This document shows positions 1-9,481 of a stretch of 56,314 nucleotides of DNA, piece by piece. The notes under the pieces are model-generated. The model was not told where the DNA came from. It saw only the letters and a list, made by a program, of their open reading frames with translations, and searched no databases. Each line of letters starts with the position of its first letter. The first letter of the stretch is position 1. The DNA is from a virus. Taxonomy: Duplodnaviria; Caudoviricetes. Where the stretch lies: IMG/VR virus record IMGVR_UViG_3300032282_004923, positions 1-56,314 of that record; one strand, 5' to 3'. The translations under genes were made by a program, and so were the position numbers.

Positions 1-1173
1 ATAGCAGGGGCAGTAGGAGCAACAGGAGTTGCAGGAACTGCAGGTGGACACCCTAGTGACAGTGGAACCGTAGGTGCTGCTGGCGGTAGAGGAACTACAG
101 GAGCAAGCGGAGCAAGCGGAGCACGAGGTGCATCTGGTGCAAGTGGTGCTTCTGGAGCACAAGGTGCATCTGGAGCATCTGGCGCAAGTGGAGCACGAGG
201 TGCAAGTGGAGTTTCAGGTACTGGCGGCCTTGGTGGAAGCGGTGGAATGGGCGGACCGGTAGTCGCAATTATTGCGAAGACCATTACAGGAACCGGAACG
301 GTTATGTCTCTTGCCATGATTGGTGCTGTCGGCGCTACTGGTGTTACTGGCGCAACAGGAACAACGGGTGCTAGTGGAGTTTCAGGAGTTTCAGGAGTTT
401 CAGGAGTTTCAGGAGTTTCAGGAGTAGCGGGAACCACTGGTGCTACTGGGACCACGGGAGCCGCCGGAACAAAAGCACCCGACTACACGGTTACCCCGCA
501 TTCGGCTGGCCCAACTCACCATACGACCCCGTCTCACACGAATAATGGACACCATACGACCCCACACCATGTTAATAATGGACATCACCATACTCCTGGT
601 GGGCATCATACGACTCATCACCATGTGAACCATACGCATACAGTAAACCCACACCATCATTGTTGCGACTCACATAACGCTAAGTACGGACATTATGCTG
701 GGCACACGGTTAATGGTGGACATCACCATGTGGGCCACCACCATACTGCCGATGGTCATACCCATCCCCATCACCATACGAATCCTCATCACCAACAGCA
801 CGTAAATCCTCATCACCAGCAGCATGTACAGGCTCATACCCATCACCACGCCAATGCAACCGTTCATTATGTTGGTGGAGCGGGTGGAGCAGGAGGCGCT
901 GGCGGAGCAGGAGGAGCAGGAGGAGCAGGAGGTCTTGGGGGCGCGGGAGGAGCAGGAGGAGCAGGAGGTCTTGGGGGCGCGGGAGGTTCTGGAGGCACTG
1001 GAACTACAGGCGCAAGTGGAGTAAGAGGTGGAGCAGGTGGCGGTGGTGCTATTCTTATCTTGACAGAAACTACACCGTCTGGGTTGTCCTACGATGTACG
1101 CTCTGGCACTACAGCAGCATCTGACACGTATACAGCTTCTTCTGGAACCACTTATATACTTCTTAACGCTTAA
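1..1173 (+). CDS. Glycine-rich/collagen-like tail fibre or adhesin with His-rich insert (5' truncated)
   Basis: Frame of ORF 247..1173 is open back to base 1; GxS/GxT triplets and GGA runs flank a ~130 aa His-rich segment. Confidence 0.75.
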   Translation: MAGAVGATGVAGTAGGHPSDSGTVGAAGGRGTTGASGASGARGASGASGASGAQGASGASGASGARGASGVSGTGGLGGSGGMGGPVVAIIAKTITGTGTVMSLAMIGAVGATGVTGATGTTGASGVSGVSGVSGVSGVSGVAGTTGATGTTGAAGTKAPDYTVTPHSAGPTHHTTPSHTNNGHHTTPHHVNNGHHHTPGGHHTTHHHVNHTHTVNPHHHCCDSHNAKYGHYAGHTVNGGHHHVGHHHTADGHTHPHHHTNPHHQQHVNPHHQQHVQAHTHHHANATVHYVGGAGGAGGAGGAGGAGGAGGLGGAGGAGGAGGLGGAGGSGGTGTTGASGVRGGAGGGGAILILTETTPSGLSYDVRSGTTAASDTYTASSGTTYILLNA

Positions 1174-1188
1174 AAAAACGGAGAAATC

Positions 1189-1416
1189 ATGGAATTCAAC
1201 TTAACTGCAGAACAAAAAATCAAATCACTGGAAGACACCAAGAAGCATATGCTCAACGAAGTGTTTGGACTCCTCGTAGGACTGGGAATTGACCCAGACG
1301 AGTTTGAACCCACAACATGGGTTCCAGCAGAACCACCCACAGGTAATGAAGCACGAGTAACGTCATTGTTGACTAATATTACTCGTGCAGACGCAAAAAT
1401 TGCTCAACTATCATAA
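1189..1416 (+). CDS. Hypothetical protein (possible fibre chaperone)
   Basis: ORF with GGAG RBS directly after the fibre gene. Confidence 0.7.
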   Translation: MEFNLTAEQKIKSLEDTKKHMLNEVFGLLVGLGIDPDEFEPTTWVPAEPPTGNEARVTSLLTNITRADAKIAQLS

Positions 1417-1425
1417 AAGGTAAAA

Positions 1426-2502
1426 ATGAGCGATATATCGCTAATAGATACATCAAACTACAAGTGCTATTACAGTATTGATGGCACAAACGATTTTAAA
1501 TTGTATACAGCAACACCAAACGGCAATGTTGAGTACACCAAATATGACACATTTACTTCGGTAGATAAGACGATTATTGCGTTTAGGGAACTAGACCCTT
1601 ACTCTGGCGACTTTAACTATGTTCTTGTTTGCAATAATGAAGAGTCAATTATTGATGCTCTTTGCTATGACGACATATTAGGTCATCTTTCCAAAAACGG
1701 AATTAAAGAAGACGACATGTATGTTGTAATGGGTTCTAAAGTAGTAACTACAACCAATGCTCATCCCGCCGTTAAATTCAATGACCGTTGTGATACTGGC
1801 AAATATGGCCCTACCCGATTTCACCTAGAAGATGGAGTGCGTCCTGCTGTTACAGACATCACACTGTTTCAACATATACACACTGTTACAACAATGCTCA
1901 GTGTTAATGGTACAGCGCATGTTCTTTATGGAGTAGTACCTAGGCTTGGAGATTCATTTAGAGATTGGCCTGGTGTCTCAAGTGTTGCTAAAACACTAAC
2001 AGGAGTAATGAAACTTATTATTGAGTGGGCATCTTTGGCTGACGAACCCTTCAATAGTTCTGATGAAATTTCTCTTTCATGCAAAAATTACATCGATACT
2101 CTCCAGATACCAGAAAATGTATTAAATGAGATATCCGAATATCAAGATGATATGCCTGTGTATCGTTACCTCCAAAACCAAGAAAATGCCCGTCATGGAT
2201 TTACTGAACAAACTAGTGTTGGACCCTTGTTTTTAAACTGGATTAAGAACACTCACAGATACCGCACACTCAACGCTTTGGTACACAACCACCCTTCTCC
2301 TCCCGTTGTTCCGGAAGAAATACTCTCTTTAGAACGACAGTACATTGAGTCAAAAATATATGAAATCTGCATCAAGTATGGTATAGAGTTGTCTTTGTCT
2401 CCACTAGAAATATTGGAGCAAATTCCGCCCTTCACTGATTTGACACTAAGTCAGTGGATTCTTGAAGTTAACTACATCAAGTCTTACATAGCATATTCGT
2501 AG
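1426..2502 (+). CDS. Hypothetical protein
   Basis: 358 aa ORF in operon, AAGG RBS; no motif recognised. Confidence 0.75.
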   Translation: MSDISLIDTSNYKCYYSIDGTNDFKLYTATPNGNVEYTKYDTFTSVDKTIIAFRELDPYSGDFNYVLVCNNEESIIDALCYDDILGHLSKNGIKEDDMYVVMGSKVVTTTNAHPAVKFNDRCDTGKYGPTRFHLEDGVRPAVTDITLFQHIHTVTTMLSVNGTAHVLYGVVPRLGDSFRDWPGVSSVAKTLTGVMKLIIEWASLADEPFNSSDEISLSCKNYIDTLQIPENVLNEISEYQDDMPVYRYLQNQENARHGFTEQTSVGPLFLNWIKNTHRYRTLNALVHNHPSPPVVPEEILSLERQYIESKIYEICIKYGIELSLSPLEILEQIPPFTDLTLSQWILEVNYIKSYIAYS

Positions 2503-2508
2503 GTAAAA

Positions 2509-4005
2509 ATGAATAACAATTTATCGTTTTGCATTGTTGGTTCAGGAACCGCTGGATTGGTTTCCGCTTTATTGCTTCGGAGAGCATTTGTTAATTCTGA
2601 AATTACAATAATCTCTTCTTCTAAAATAGGAATTATTGGCGTTGGAGAAGGTTCTACAGAACACTGGCGCGAGTTCATGAACGACTGCGACATTCCGACT
2701 GGTGAACTTATTGAGAACACAAGCGCAACTCACAAATATGGTCTTCGTTTTGAAAACTGGACAACCCACACTCCTGACTATTTTCACAGCATTGGCGGGG
2801 TGGACGACATATTTGCCCACGGGTTATTTGCTACCTATGCTGGATTTGTTGACTCCAATAAACTAATTACTTCCCAGACCGGAAGTGCCGGTCTTGTGCA
2901 GAACAAAATTGGTAGACAAAACATCCACAAGACAACAAATCAGTTTCATTTTGATACCAATAAACTAAACGATTATTTAACAGGACTATGTTTCTCAAGA
3001 ATGATTAAGTTCATTGATGCCGAGGTTGATTCAATTGAACTTGACTCGGAAACTGGAGAAATATCTTCTGTAACAACAGAACATAATGCAGTTATTTCTG
3101 CTGATTTTTGGATTGATGCCAGTGGTTTTTCCAGAGTCCTTATGACAAAACTAGGAAACACGGAATGGGAATCTTTCTCCCCTTACCTTCTTTGTGATTC
3201 TGCAATTGCTTTTCCAACAGAGTCTGACCCTAATGGGCAGATTCGTCCGTACACCCGTGCAAGAGCAGCATCTTCGGGATGGATGTTTGAAATACCAACA
3301 CAAGAGCGTCGCGGCAATGGCTATATCTTTTCTTCTGCCCACATATCCGTAGACGAGGCCATCAAAGAAGCGGAAGCGATGACTGGATACAAGGTTCCAG
3401 AAAATCCCAAAACTTTTAAATACGATGCAGGATTCTTAAAAAACCAGTGGGTAAAAAACTGTGTCTCCGTAGGTCTTGCTTCCTCGTTTGTTGAACCCCT
3501 AGAAGCCACCAGTATCGGGAGCACGTTAATTCAGTTAAAAATGCTTATTCAGAACGTCGCTTCATATACTAAAAAATCATCAAAAATGCAGATTGCGTAC
3601 AACAAAACGATTACGGGGACAATGCGTAACATATTGACAATGATTAGGTTGCATTATGTTTCCGATAGGCGAGACTCACAATTTTGGATTGACCAATCTG
3701 AAATGCCTCTTAATGACGAACTTCAGGAACTAATTGATTTATGGTCTGAAAAAGTTCCATCCAGGTACGACCATTACCAAGAGATAAACCTAATGTTTCA
3801 TGTACCTCATTTAGTTCACGTCATGCAAGGCCAAGGGCTTTTACCAAAAGAACCATCTTCGCTCGCCCTTGATAGACTAAACCTGCGACAAAAGGTCAAT
3901 TTGGAAATGGACAACTTTAGGAACTCCAGGCACAACCACGAGTTGGTTGACCATAAAGACGGATTGTTAGAAATTCAAAACATAGACGAGGAGTACAGAC
4001 GGTGA
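2509..4005 (+). CDS. Flavin-dependent tryptophan halogenase family protein (PrnA-like)
   Basis: VGSGTAG Rossmann motif, IGVGEGS, ATHKYG (catalytic Lys position), GWMFEIP (WxWxIP variant), FVEPLEATS. Confidence 0.9.
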   Translation: MNNNLSFCIVGSGTAGLVSALLLRRAFVNSEITIISSSKIGIIGVGEGSTEHWREFMNDCDIPTGELIENTSATHKYGLRFENWTTHTPDYFHSIGGVDDIFAHGLFATYAGFVDSNKLITSQTGSAGLVQNKIGRQNIHKTTNQFHFDTNKLNDYLTGLCFSRMIKFIDAEVDSIELDSETGEISSVTTEHNAVISADFWIDASGFSRVLMTKLGNTEWESFSPYLLCDSAIAFPTESDPNGQIRPYTRARAASSGWMFEIPTQERRGNGYIFSSAHISVDEAIKEAEAMTGYKVPENPKTFKYDAGFLKNQWVKNCVSVGLASSFVEPLEATSIGSTLIQLKMLIQNVASYTKKSSKMQIAYNKTITGTMRNILTMIRLHYVSDRRDSQFWIDQSEMPLNDELQELIDLWSEKVPSRYDHYQEINLMFHVPHLVHVMQGQGLLPKEPSSLALDRLNLRQKVNLEMDNFRNSRHNHELVDHKDGLLEIQNIDEEYRR

Positions 4006-4745
4006 AAAAGAAAAAGTCAGTTAAGCCAGGACATATTAGGGTAACGCCAGAAGACAACCGCTTAATGGAGATGCCTCCCTATTTAAACTCGCAACTAACA
4101 ATGCCTAAGTGGTACAAAATAATGCCCAGTGGTGCTGGCTTAAAAAAGTGTGCAGGACTCAACGACTACCTAGCAGCAGGAATGACTGTTCCTCTTTGGA
4201 GCAATCTGTATTTCAGGCCAAACCCAGAAAATGGATTCTGGGAATCACGCATTGAAAACATGAGCCCACCACTTGAAAATATTGCGGTACAGGGTTTCCC
4301 TGTTCAAGACACGCCTGGATGTCCTGTTATCGGAGTTCGCAAACTTGAAAATATGCAATATCCAAAAATCGTAACTCCTTGGCGCTTTGAGACTGCACCG
4401 GGTTGGTCTTCCTTGATACTTCCATTATCTTGGGAACCAAACCAAAACTATGATGTTTTACCAGCAATTGTTCATACTGATTTTTATCATGTAACTAATA
4501 TTGTTTTAAATATAAAAACAAATACTGATTTTATGATTCCATACGGAACACCAATGATGCAGGTAATTCCATTTAAACGGAGTACCAACCTTTCCGCTAT
4601 TGAGTTTGAAGATGAATCTTATTTTAAGTATGTTGCAAACAGCGGTTTTGGGTCTGGATACATCATGCCATCAATAGGTACCGCAGGTCCTTATAGACGG
4701 CATAAACACAAAGTTGATATTGAACTAGCCAAAAAAGAAAAGTAA
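4002..4745 (+). CDS. Hypothetical protein of the type found in phage halogenase/2OG clusters
   Basis: GTGA overlap with halogenase; KKC...DY, TPW, PAIVHTD and GTPMMQVIPFKR blocks. Confidence 0.7.
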   Translation: MKKKKSVKPGHIRVTPEDNRLMEMPPYLNSQLTMPKWYKIMPSGAGLKKCAGLNDYLAAGMTVPLWSNLYFRPNPENGFWESRIENMSPPLENIAVQGFPVQDTPGCPVIGVRKLENMQYPKIVTPWRFETAPGWSSLILPLSWEPNQNYDVLPAIVHTDFYHVTNIVLNIKTNTDFMIPYGTPMMQVIPFKRSTNLSAIEFEDESYFKYVANSGFGSGYIMPSIGTAGPYRRHKHKVDIELAKKEK

Positions 4746-5326
4746 TGCAAGTACTACATCCATCGTTGTGGGTTTACAACAAATTGTTAAGCAATCCCAA
4801 TGTAATTATTGACTCCATAGAAAAAGCAATAGACAACGATATTTCTTTAAATTGGCAATATGCCAGCACGTTTGAAGATAAAGATAACGGAAGTGTTCAG
4901 AATCTTTATCGAAGCAATAAAACTATAAACCTAACAAACAACGTCATGGTTGATGGTAGTGCGCAAAAACTTGATGAATACGTTTTTAACGCAGTTACTG
5001 GAGCCACCCGAGAATATGCCGAACATCACGGTCTGGGTGGGTTGTTTGATGAAACCTATTTTATTTTAAAATATGAAAAAGGGACAGAATACAAACAGCA
5101 CTTTGATTGTGGTGGGGACCACAAAGACAGGGTCCTATCTATGATTGCTTTTTTGAACGATGACTTTGAGGGAGGGAAACTAGAGTTCCCAACTCTAGGA
5201 ATAACGTACCAACCATCTGCTGGCGACGTTGTGTTTTTTCCTTCTTGTTATTCTTTTCCGCACATTGTTCACCCTGTCAGTGAGGGTATTAGATACTCTC
5301 TTGTGACGTGGCTGCGTTATGAGTAA
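4745..5326 (+). CDS. 2OG-Fe(II) oxygenase (prolyl 4-hydroxylase-like)
   Basis: HFD, LNDDFEGGKL, FPHIVHPV, RYSLVTW: HxD...H triad plus 2OG-binding Arg. Confidence 0.9.
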   Translation: MQVLHPSLWVYNKLLSNPNVIIDSIEKAIDNDISLNWQYASTFEDKDNGSVQNLYRSNKTINLTNNVMVDGSAQKLDEYVFNAVTGATREYAEHHGLGGLFDETYFILKYEKGTEYKQHFDCGGDHKDRVLSMIAFLNDDFEGGKLEFPTLGITYQPSAGDVVFFPSCYSFPHIVHPVSEGIRYSLVTWLRYE

Positions 5327-5921
5327 AAAAAGAGACTTTCTCATAGATAACTATGTTCATGTACCTAACTTTGTAGACGCCTTGGTTGTCTCTCTTGTGT
5401 CAAAATATGCACTCTTAAAAGAAGCGTATTCTTTTAGCCCAGACACAGCACAGGTAATTAACGCTCATGCCGTTTATGCTGACTTCCTAATGGAGTCTCT
5501 GCTTCTGGACTATAAAGAAAAAGTAGAAGAAGTCACAGGGTTGTCACTAATCCCTACGTACTCTTTTTACAGGGTCTATAGGCGAGGTCAAGAACTGACT
5601 CCGCATATTGACCGACCTGCTTGTGAAATATCAGTAAGTGTTTGTTACGAATATGACTACCAGGGAAAAGACTACGAATGGCCACTCGTTATGGGAGACA
5701 CTCCAGTCGTGATGAAACCGGGTGACGGCGCTATCTATAGGGGAATGGAAGTAAATCACTTCCGACCCGTATTCAATGTCCCCCAAGATTCGTACCATAT
5801 TCAAGGTTTCTATCATTACGTAGACGCCAATGGTCCTTGGAGTAGTCACGCGTATGATAAAAAAGAAAACTCTCATCTAAAATTAATAGAAAAACCAGTC
5901 GTAGAAGAAAAATTAATTTAG
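5319..5921 (+). CDS. 2OG-Fe(II) oxygenase superfamily protein
   Basis: PTYSFYRVY, HIDRPACEIS, PGDGAIYRG, HFR, FYHYV motifs. Confidence 0.8.
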   Translation: MSKKRDFLIDNYVHVPNFVDALVVSLVSKYALLKEAYSFSPDTAQVINAHAVYADFLMESLLLDYKEKVEEVTGLSLIPTYSFYRVYRRGQELTPHIDRPACEISVSVCYEYDYQGKDYEWPLVMGDTPVVMKPGDGAIYRGMEVNHFRPVFNVPQDSYHIQGFYHYVDANGPWSSHAYDKKENSHLKLIEKPVVEEKLI

Positions 5922-5987
5922 AAACAGTACGAGCAATATCGCGCCGATGAAGCCCGTGCTTTCGTAAATAAAATGAGTAGATAGAAT

Positions 5988-6272
5988 ATGCTAAACAAAG
6001 TAATACAAGCAACAAAGACAATGTCTCACAAAGGGTATTGGACTAAACCAAACATCGTGGAAGCATGGGGTTTTACAACCAAAGTTGCTATTATCTTCCC
6101 TGGTCTGCTCTTTGGGTACCAATGGTGGTGGATTTACTTCTTTGCCATCGCATCAAGCCTTGCGCTTATCTGGTCATCAACTGAAAAGACCCTTCCAACT
6201 ATTATTCTATTTAATGTTGCATGGACAATTCTTGCCAGCCTTTCAATCCTGAAGCATTTCTGGTGGGTTTAG
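5988..6272 (+). CDS. Small membrane protein
   Basis: Three hydrophobic segments. Confidence 0.7.
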   Translation: MLNKVIQATKTMSHKGYWTKPNIVEAWGFTTKVAIIFPGLLFGYQWWWIYFFAIASSLALIWSSTEKTLPTIILFNVAWTILASLSILKHFWWV

Positions 6273-6283
6273 AATAAATTTTT

Positions 6284-7030
6284 ATGCTGCCTAATATGCT
6301 CGTAGTTCAATGCAGGGGGAATCAGTTCCTCATCTTTGACAAGCCTGATGTAATCAGTGACGGACTCAGGTCAGGTGCTGGTCATGACGCATGGCTGGAA
6401 TATTATTCAACAATCCTGATTGGGGACAACAGGGACGGAGTGGTCCTGGATATCGGCAGCAATATCGGAACCTATGTTGTTCCTTTGGCTAAACGATTCC
6501 CCGGTATTGAGTTCTACGGTTTTGAACCGCAGAGGATAGTTTTCTATCAGTTGTGCGCCAATGTCGTTTTGAATGGTCTAGAGAATGTTCATCTAACCAA
6601 CAAGGGTCTTGGGGAGACTGCAACCGAGGTTGAAATATTCACTCCGGATTATTCGGTTGAAGTGAATATTGGTGCTTTCAGTTTGGATGCTGGCGTTCAT
6701 GAGAACAACAATCAGTGCGCCAGTCAGGGCAAGTTGGAAAAGATACAAATTGACCGACTGGACGATTACGGATTTCAGAACATCAGGCTCATCAAGATAG
6801 ATGTTGAAGGTCTTGAGTTGGTTGTTATCAAGGGTGGTCTAGAAACCCTCAAGGCAAACGACTACCCACCCATCATCTTTGAGACGTGGAGCATTATGGA
6901 CTGGTACCAAGAACGGCGCAAGGAAATTCTTGTTTACGTTGAGTCACTTGGCTATGACGTCACCTCAATTGGCGACAACTGTATCGCACAGCACACAAGC
7001 CGAAAAGTCATTAAGTGGGCCGTAACTTAA
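6284..7030 (+). CDS. FkbM family methyltransferase
   Basis: LDIGSNIG, FEPQ, IKIDVEGLE motifs. Confidence 0.9.
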   Translation: MLPNMLVVQCRGNQFLIFDKPDVISDGLRSGAGHDAWLEYYSTILIGDNRDGVVLDIGSNIGTYVVPLAKRFPGIEFYGFEPQRIVFYQLCANVVLNGLENVHLTNKGLGETATEVEIFTPDYSVEVNIGAFSLDAGVHENNNQCASQGKLEKIQIDRLDDYGFQNIRLIKIDVEGLELVVIKGGLETLKANDYPPIIFETWSIMDWYQERRKEILVYVESLGYDVTSIGDNCIAQHTSRKVIKWAVT

Positions 7031-7057
7031 TAGGAACGTGGTGTAAAATAGGGGCAT

Positions 7058-7834
7058 ATGGCTATTGATTTCCCAGACTCCCCCTCGCCCGGTGCTAACC
7101 ATACGGTAAACGGCAAAACGTGGACATACACGGATGGTAAGTGGGCGCTCAATGTTGACTCTCTGGGAGTTACTGGCGCAACAGGACCTAGTGGCCCAAC
7201 GGGGGCTACAGGACCAAGTGGAGTTAGTGGAGTTAGTGGAGTTAGTGGAGTTTCAGGTGTTAGTGGACCATCGGGTGTTTCTGGTGTTTCTGGTGTTTCT
7301 GGTGTTTCTGGTGTTTCTGGAGTTTCGGGCGTAAGTGGTACTGCCTCTACGGTCTCTGGTCCACAAGGCGCTTCAGGAGTTCCGGGGTCAAACGGCGCGC
7401 AAGGCGCTTCAGGAGTTCCGGGGTCAAACGGCGCGCAAGGCGCTTCAGGAGTTCCGGGAGAACCAGGTCCACAAGGCGCTTCAGGAGTTCCGGGGTCAAA
7501 CGGCGCGCAAGGCGCTTCAGGAGTTCCAGGGTCTTGGGCAACTTCACAAACAATTGTTTCAAGTGCAACATATACCCCGTCCTCGTCTGACGTTGGAAAG
7601 ATGATTCAGTTAACCAATAGTGGCGACATCAACGTCACTGTAAATACGGGTCTTGGTTTAACGGCAGGACAAAGCATTGATTTTCTTCGTTTTGGAACCG
7701 GCAACGTAACATTTAATGGCACTGCAGTTCCAGTTGCTACTCCTGGATTAAAACTTCGTGCTCAATATTCTTCGGCTACATTATTCTGTATCACGACTAA
7801 CAGTTATGTACTTATTGGCGACTTGAGCGCGTAA
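7058..7834 (+). CDS. Collagen-like minor tail/fibre protein
   Basis: MAIDFP N-terminus, GVS and QGASGVPGSNGA repeats, C-terminal TPGLKLRAQYSSATL domain. Confidence 0.8.
   Translation: MAIDFPDSPSPGANHTVNGKTWTYTDGKWALNVDSLGVTGATGPSGPTGATGPSGVSGVSGVSGVSGVSGPSGVSGVSGVSGVSGVSGVSGVSGTASTVSGPQGASGVPGSNGAQGASGVPGSNGAQGASGVPGEPGPQGASGVPGSNGAQGASGVPGSWATSQTIVSSATYTPSSSDVGKMIQLTNSGDINVTVNTGLGLTAGQSIDFLRFGTGNVTFNGTAVPVATPGLKLRAQYSSATLFCITTNSYVLIGDLSA
7364..7534 (+). repeat. 36-bp coding tandem repeat (about 4.7 copies)
   Basis: CAAGGCGCTTCAGGAGTTCCGGGGTCAAACGGCGCG units. Confidence 0.85.
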
Positions 7835-9255
7835 TGCCTTTTCATAGAGGAACGATGGCGGGTGGCTTCCTAGGAACAGTACCAGGCACTCCCGGAACAC
7901 CTACGGCTACAACATGCGCAAACGCACAGTCTGTTCTTTCTTGGACCGCACCAACAAACAATGGCGGTTCTGCCATCACTGACTATGCAGTTCAATACTC
8001 CACTAACGGCACTACTGGTTGGACGACGTTCTCAGATGGCACATCTGCATCAACCGGAGCAACAGTAACTGGTCTCTCTAACGGAACTACGTACTATTTT
8101 AAAGTGGCAGCAGTAAACACATACGGAACTGGCTCTTACTCAGGTGTGTCTACAGTGATAACTCCAGCAACAGCACCTAACGCCCCTACAAGCGTATCGG
8201 GTGCATCCAATGCAAACGGAGAATCTTCTGTGTCTTGGGTTGCACCAAGCGGAGCCGGAACTGGTGGCAACGGACCTCCGTTTACGTTCACGGTTCAGTA
8301 TTCAACTTCAGCAACTTTTGCTTCTGCTGTTACTACTTTTGGAACAACATCATCGTCGTCACCATTAATAGTTAATGGCCTCACTAACGGAACTACTTAT
8401 TATTTCCGAGTAAAAGCAACAAACTGTGCCGGAGATAGTTCGTACTCCACTATTTCTGCAGGCGCGGTTCCAGCAGCGGTTCCGGGCGCTCCTGGAACGG
8501 CAACATTAACAAACGGTGATACAACAGATACGTTTGCATGGAGTCAAGCAGCATCTAATGGCTCCACCGTAACTGCATACAGATATCAGGTTACTAACGA
8601 CAACGGAACCACTTGGTACAGCGATATTGGCGGAACTCTAAATGGATATACGGAAGTTGCTGCTCTGTCTGCAGTTTTGGCTACCCAGTACAGAACTGAC
8701 CGTTGGAAAGTAAGAGCCAGTGGCGTTAACGGTGTTGGTCAAGGGCCCTATGCAAGCGGACTTGCTCCCGAAGCCACTGTTGCTTGGGCTTTTGGTGGAT
8801 ATACAGATTCAGGAACGTGTGCTTCAGTAGCATGCAACTGTGCTGCTTGTGATTGCGGAACAAGTACAGGAACCAACACCACCCGGACTGGAAGTAGACT
8901 TTGCTACAGATGGACCAGGAGTGCTACTAGTTCCACCCCGGGTCCACTACGCAACTCAGACAACAGCGCTGCTTGCAGTGGCGCTTACGGCAGTTGCACG
9001 GGTGGAACTTGTACCAGTTGTACCGGTTGTGGCTCTTACACAAGCGCAGCCAAGACCGGCAACTTCAGTCAAGGCGGAATTGACTACACCTATACTGGTA
9101 CTCCCGGTTCGTACTATGCGTTCCCTAACCCAACCTGTTCCAGTGGTTGCGACTTCAGCACCGCTTACTATTCTGTTACGGTCTGTAACGGGACAAATAC
9201 AATTAACCTCACTTCCAGTGACCCTTGTTACAATGTCTTCGGTGACCCTTGTTAA
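7834..9255 (+). CDS. Fibronectin type III repeat virion protein with Cys-rich C-terminus
   Basis: Three FN3-like repeats (W.AP..GG..IT.Y...GL.NGT.YYF.V.A.N) followed by a CxxC-rich tail. Confidence 0.85.
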   Translation: MPFHRGTMAGGFLGTVPGTPGTPTATTCANAQSVLSWTAPTNNGGSAITDYAVQYSTNGTTGWTTFSDGTSASTGATVTGLSNGTTYYFKVAAVNTYGTGSYSGVSTVITPATAPNAPTSVSGASNANGESSVSWVAPSGAGTGGNGPPFTFTVQYSTSATFASAVTTFGTTSSSSPLIVNGLTNGTTYYFRVKATNCAGDSSYSTISAGAVPAAVPGAPGTATLTNGDTTDTFAWSQAASNGSTVTAYRYQVTNDNGTTWYSDIGGTLNGYTEVAALSAVLATQYRTDRWKVRASGVNGVGQGPYASGLAPEATVAWAFGGYTDSGTCASVACNCAACDCGTSTGTNTTRTGSRLCYRWTRSATSSTPGPLRNSDNSAACSGAYGSCTGGTCTSCTGCGSYTSAAKTGNFSQGGIDYTYTGTPGSYYAFPNPTCSSGCDFSTAYYSVTVCNGTNTINLTSSDPCYNVFGDPC

Positions 9256-9273
9256 TTTCTGTAAGGAGAATTT

Positions 9274-9477
9274 ATGTCTGATGTATCAATAAAATTTTTA
9301 GTTGTAGAAGTGGACGGTGAAGCCGTGCTCAAATACCCATTCCCTATTTTTCAGGATGAGGACAATTTTGAAATGATGGAAGCGGTCCTTGCGTCTAGCC
9401 CGGTTCTTCGCCTGGTTGACTCTGTTGAAATTGGTGATATCTGGGATGGACAAAACTTCGTAACTCCTGTAGAGTAG
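9274..9477 (+). CDS. Small acidic protein, paralog of 14181..14384
   Basis: IGDIWDGQNF motif; 3' half nearly identical to the paralog. Confidence 0.8.
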   Translation: MSDVSIKFLVVEVDGEAVLKYPFPIFQDEDNFEMMEAVLASSPVLRLVDSVEIGDIWDGQNFVTPVE

Positions 9478-9481
9478 TCGC

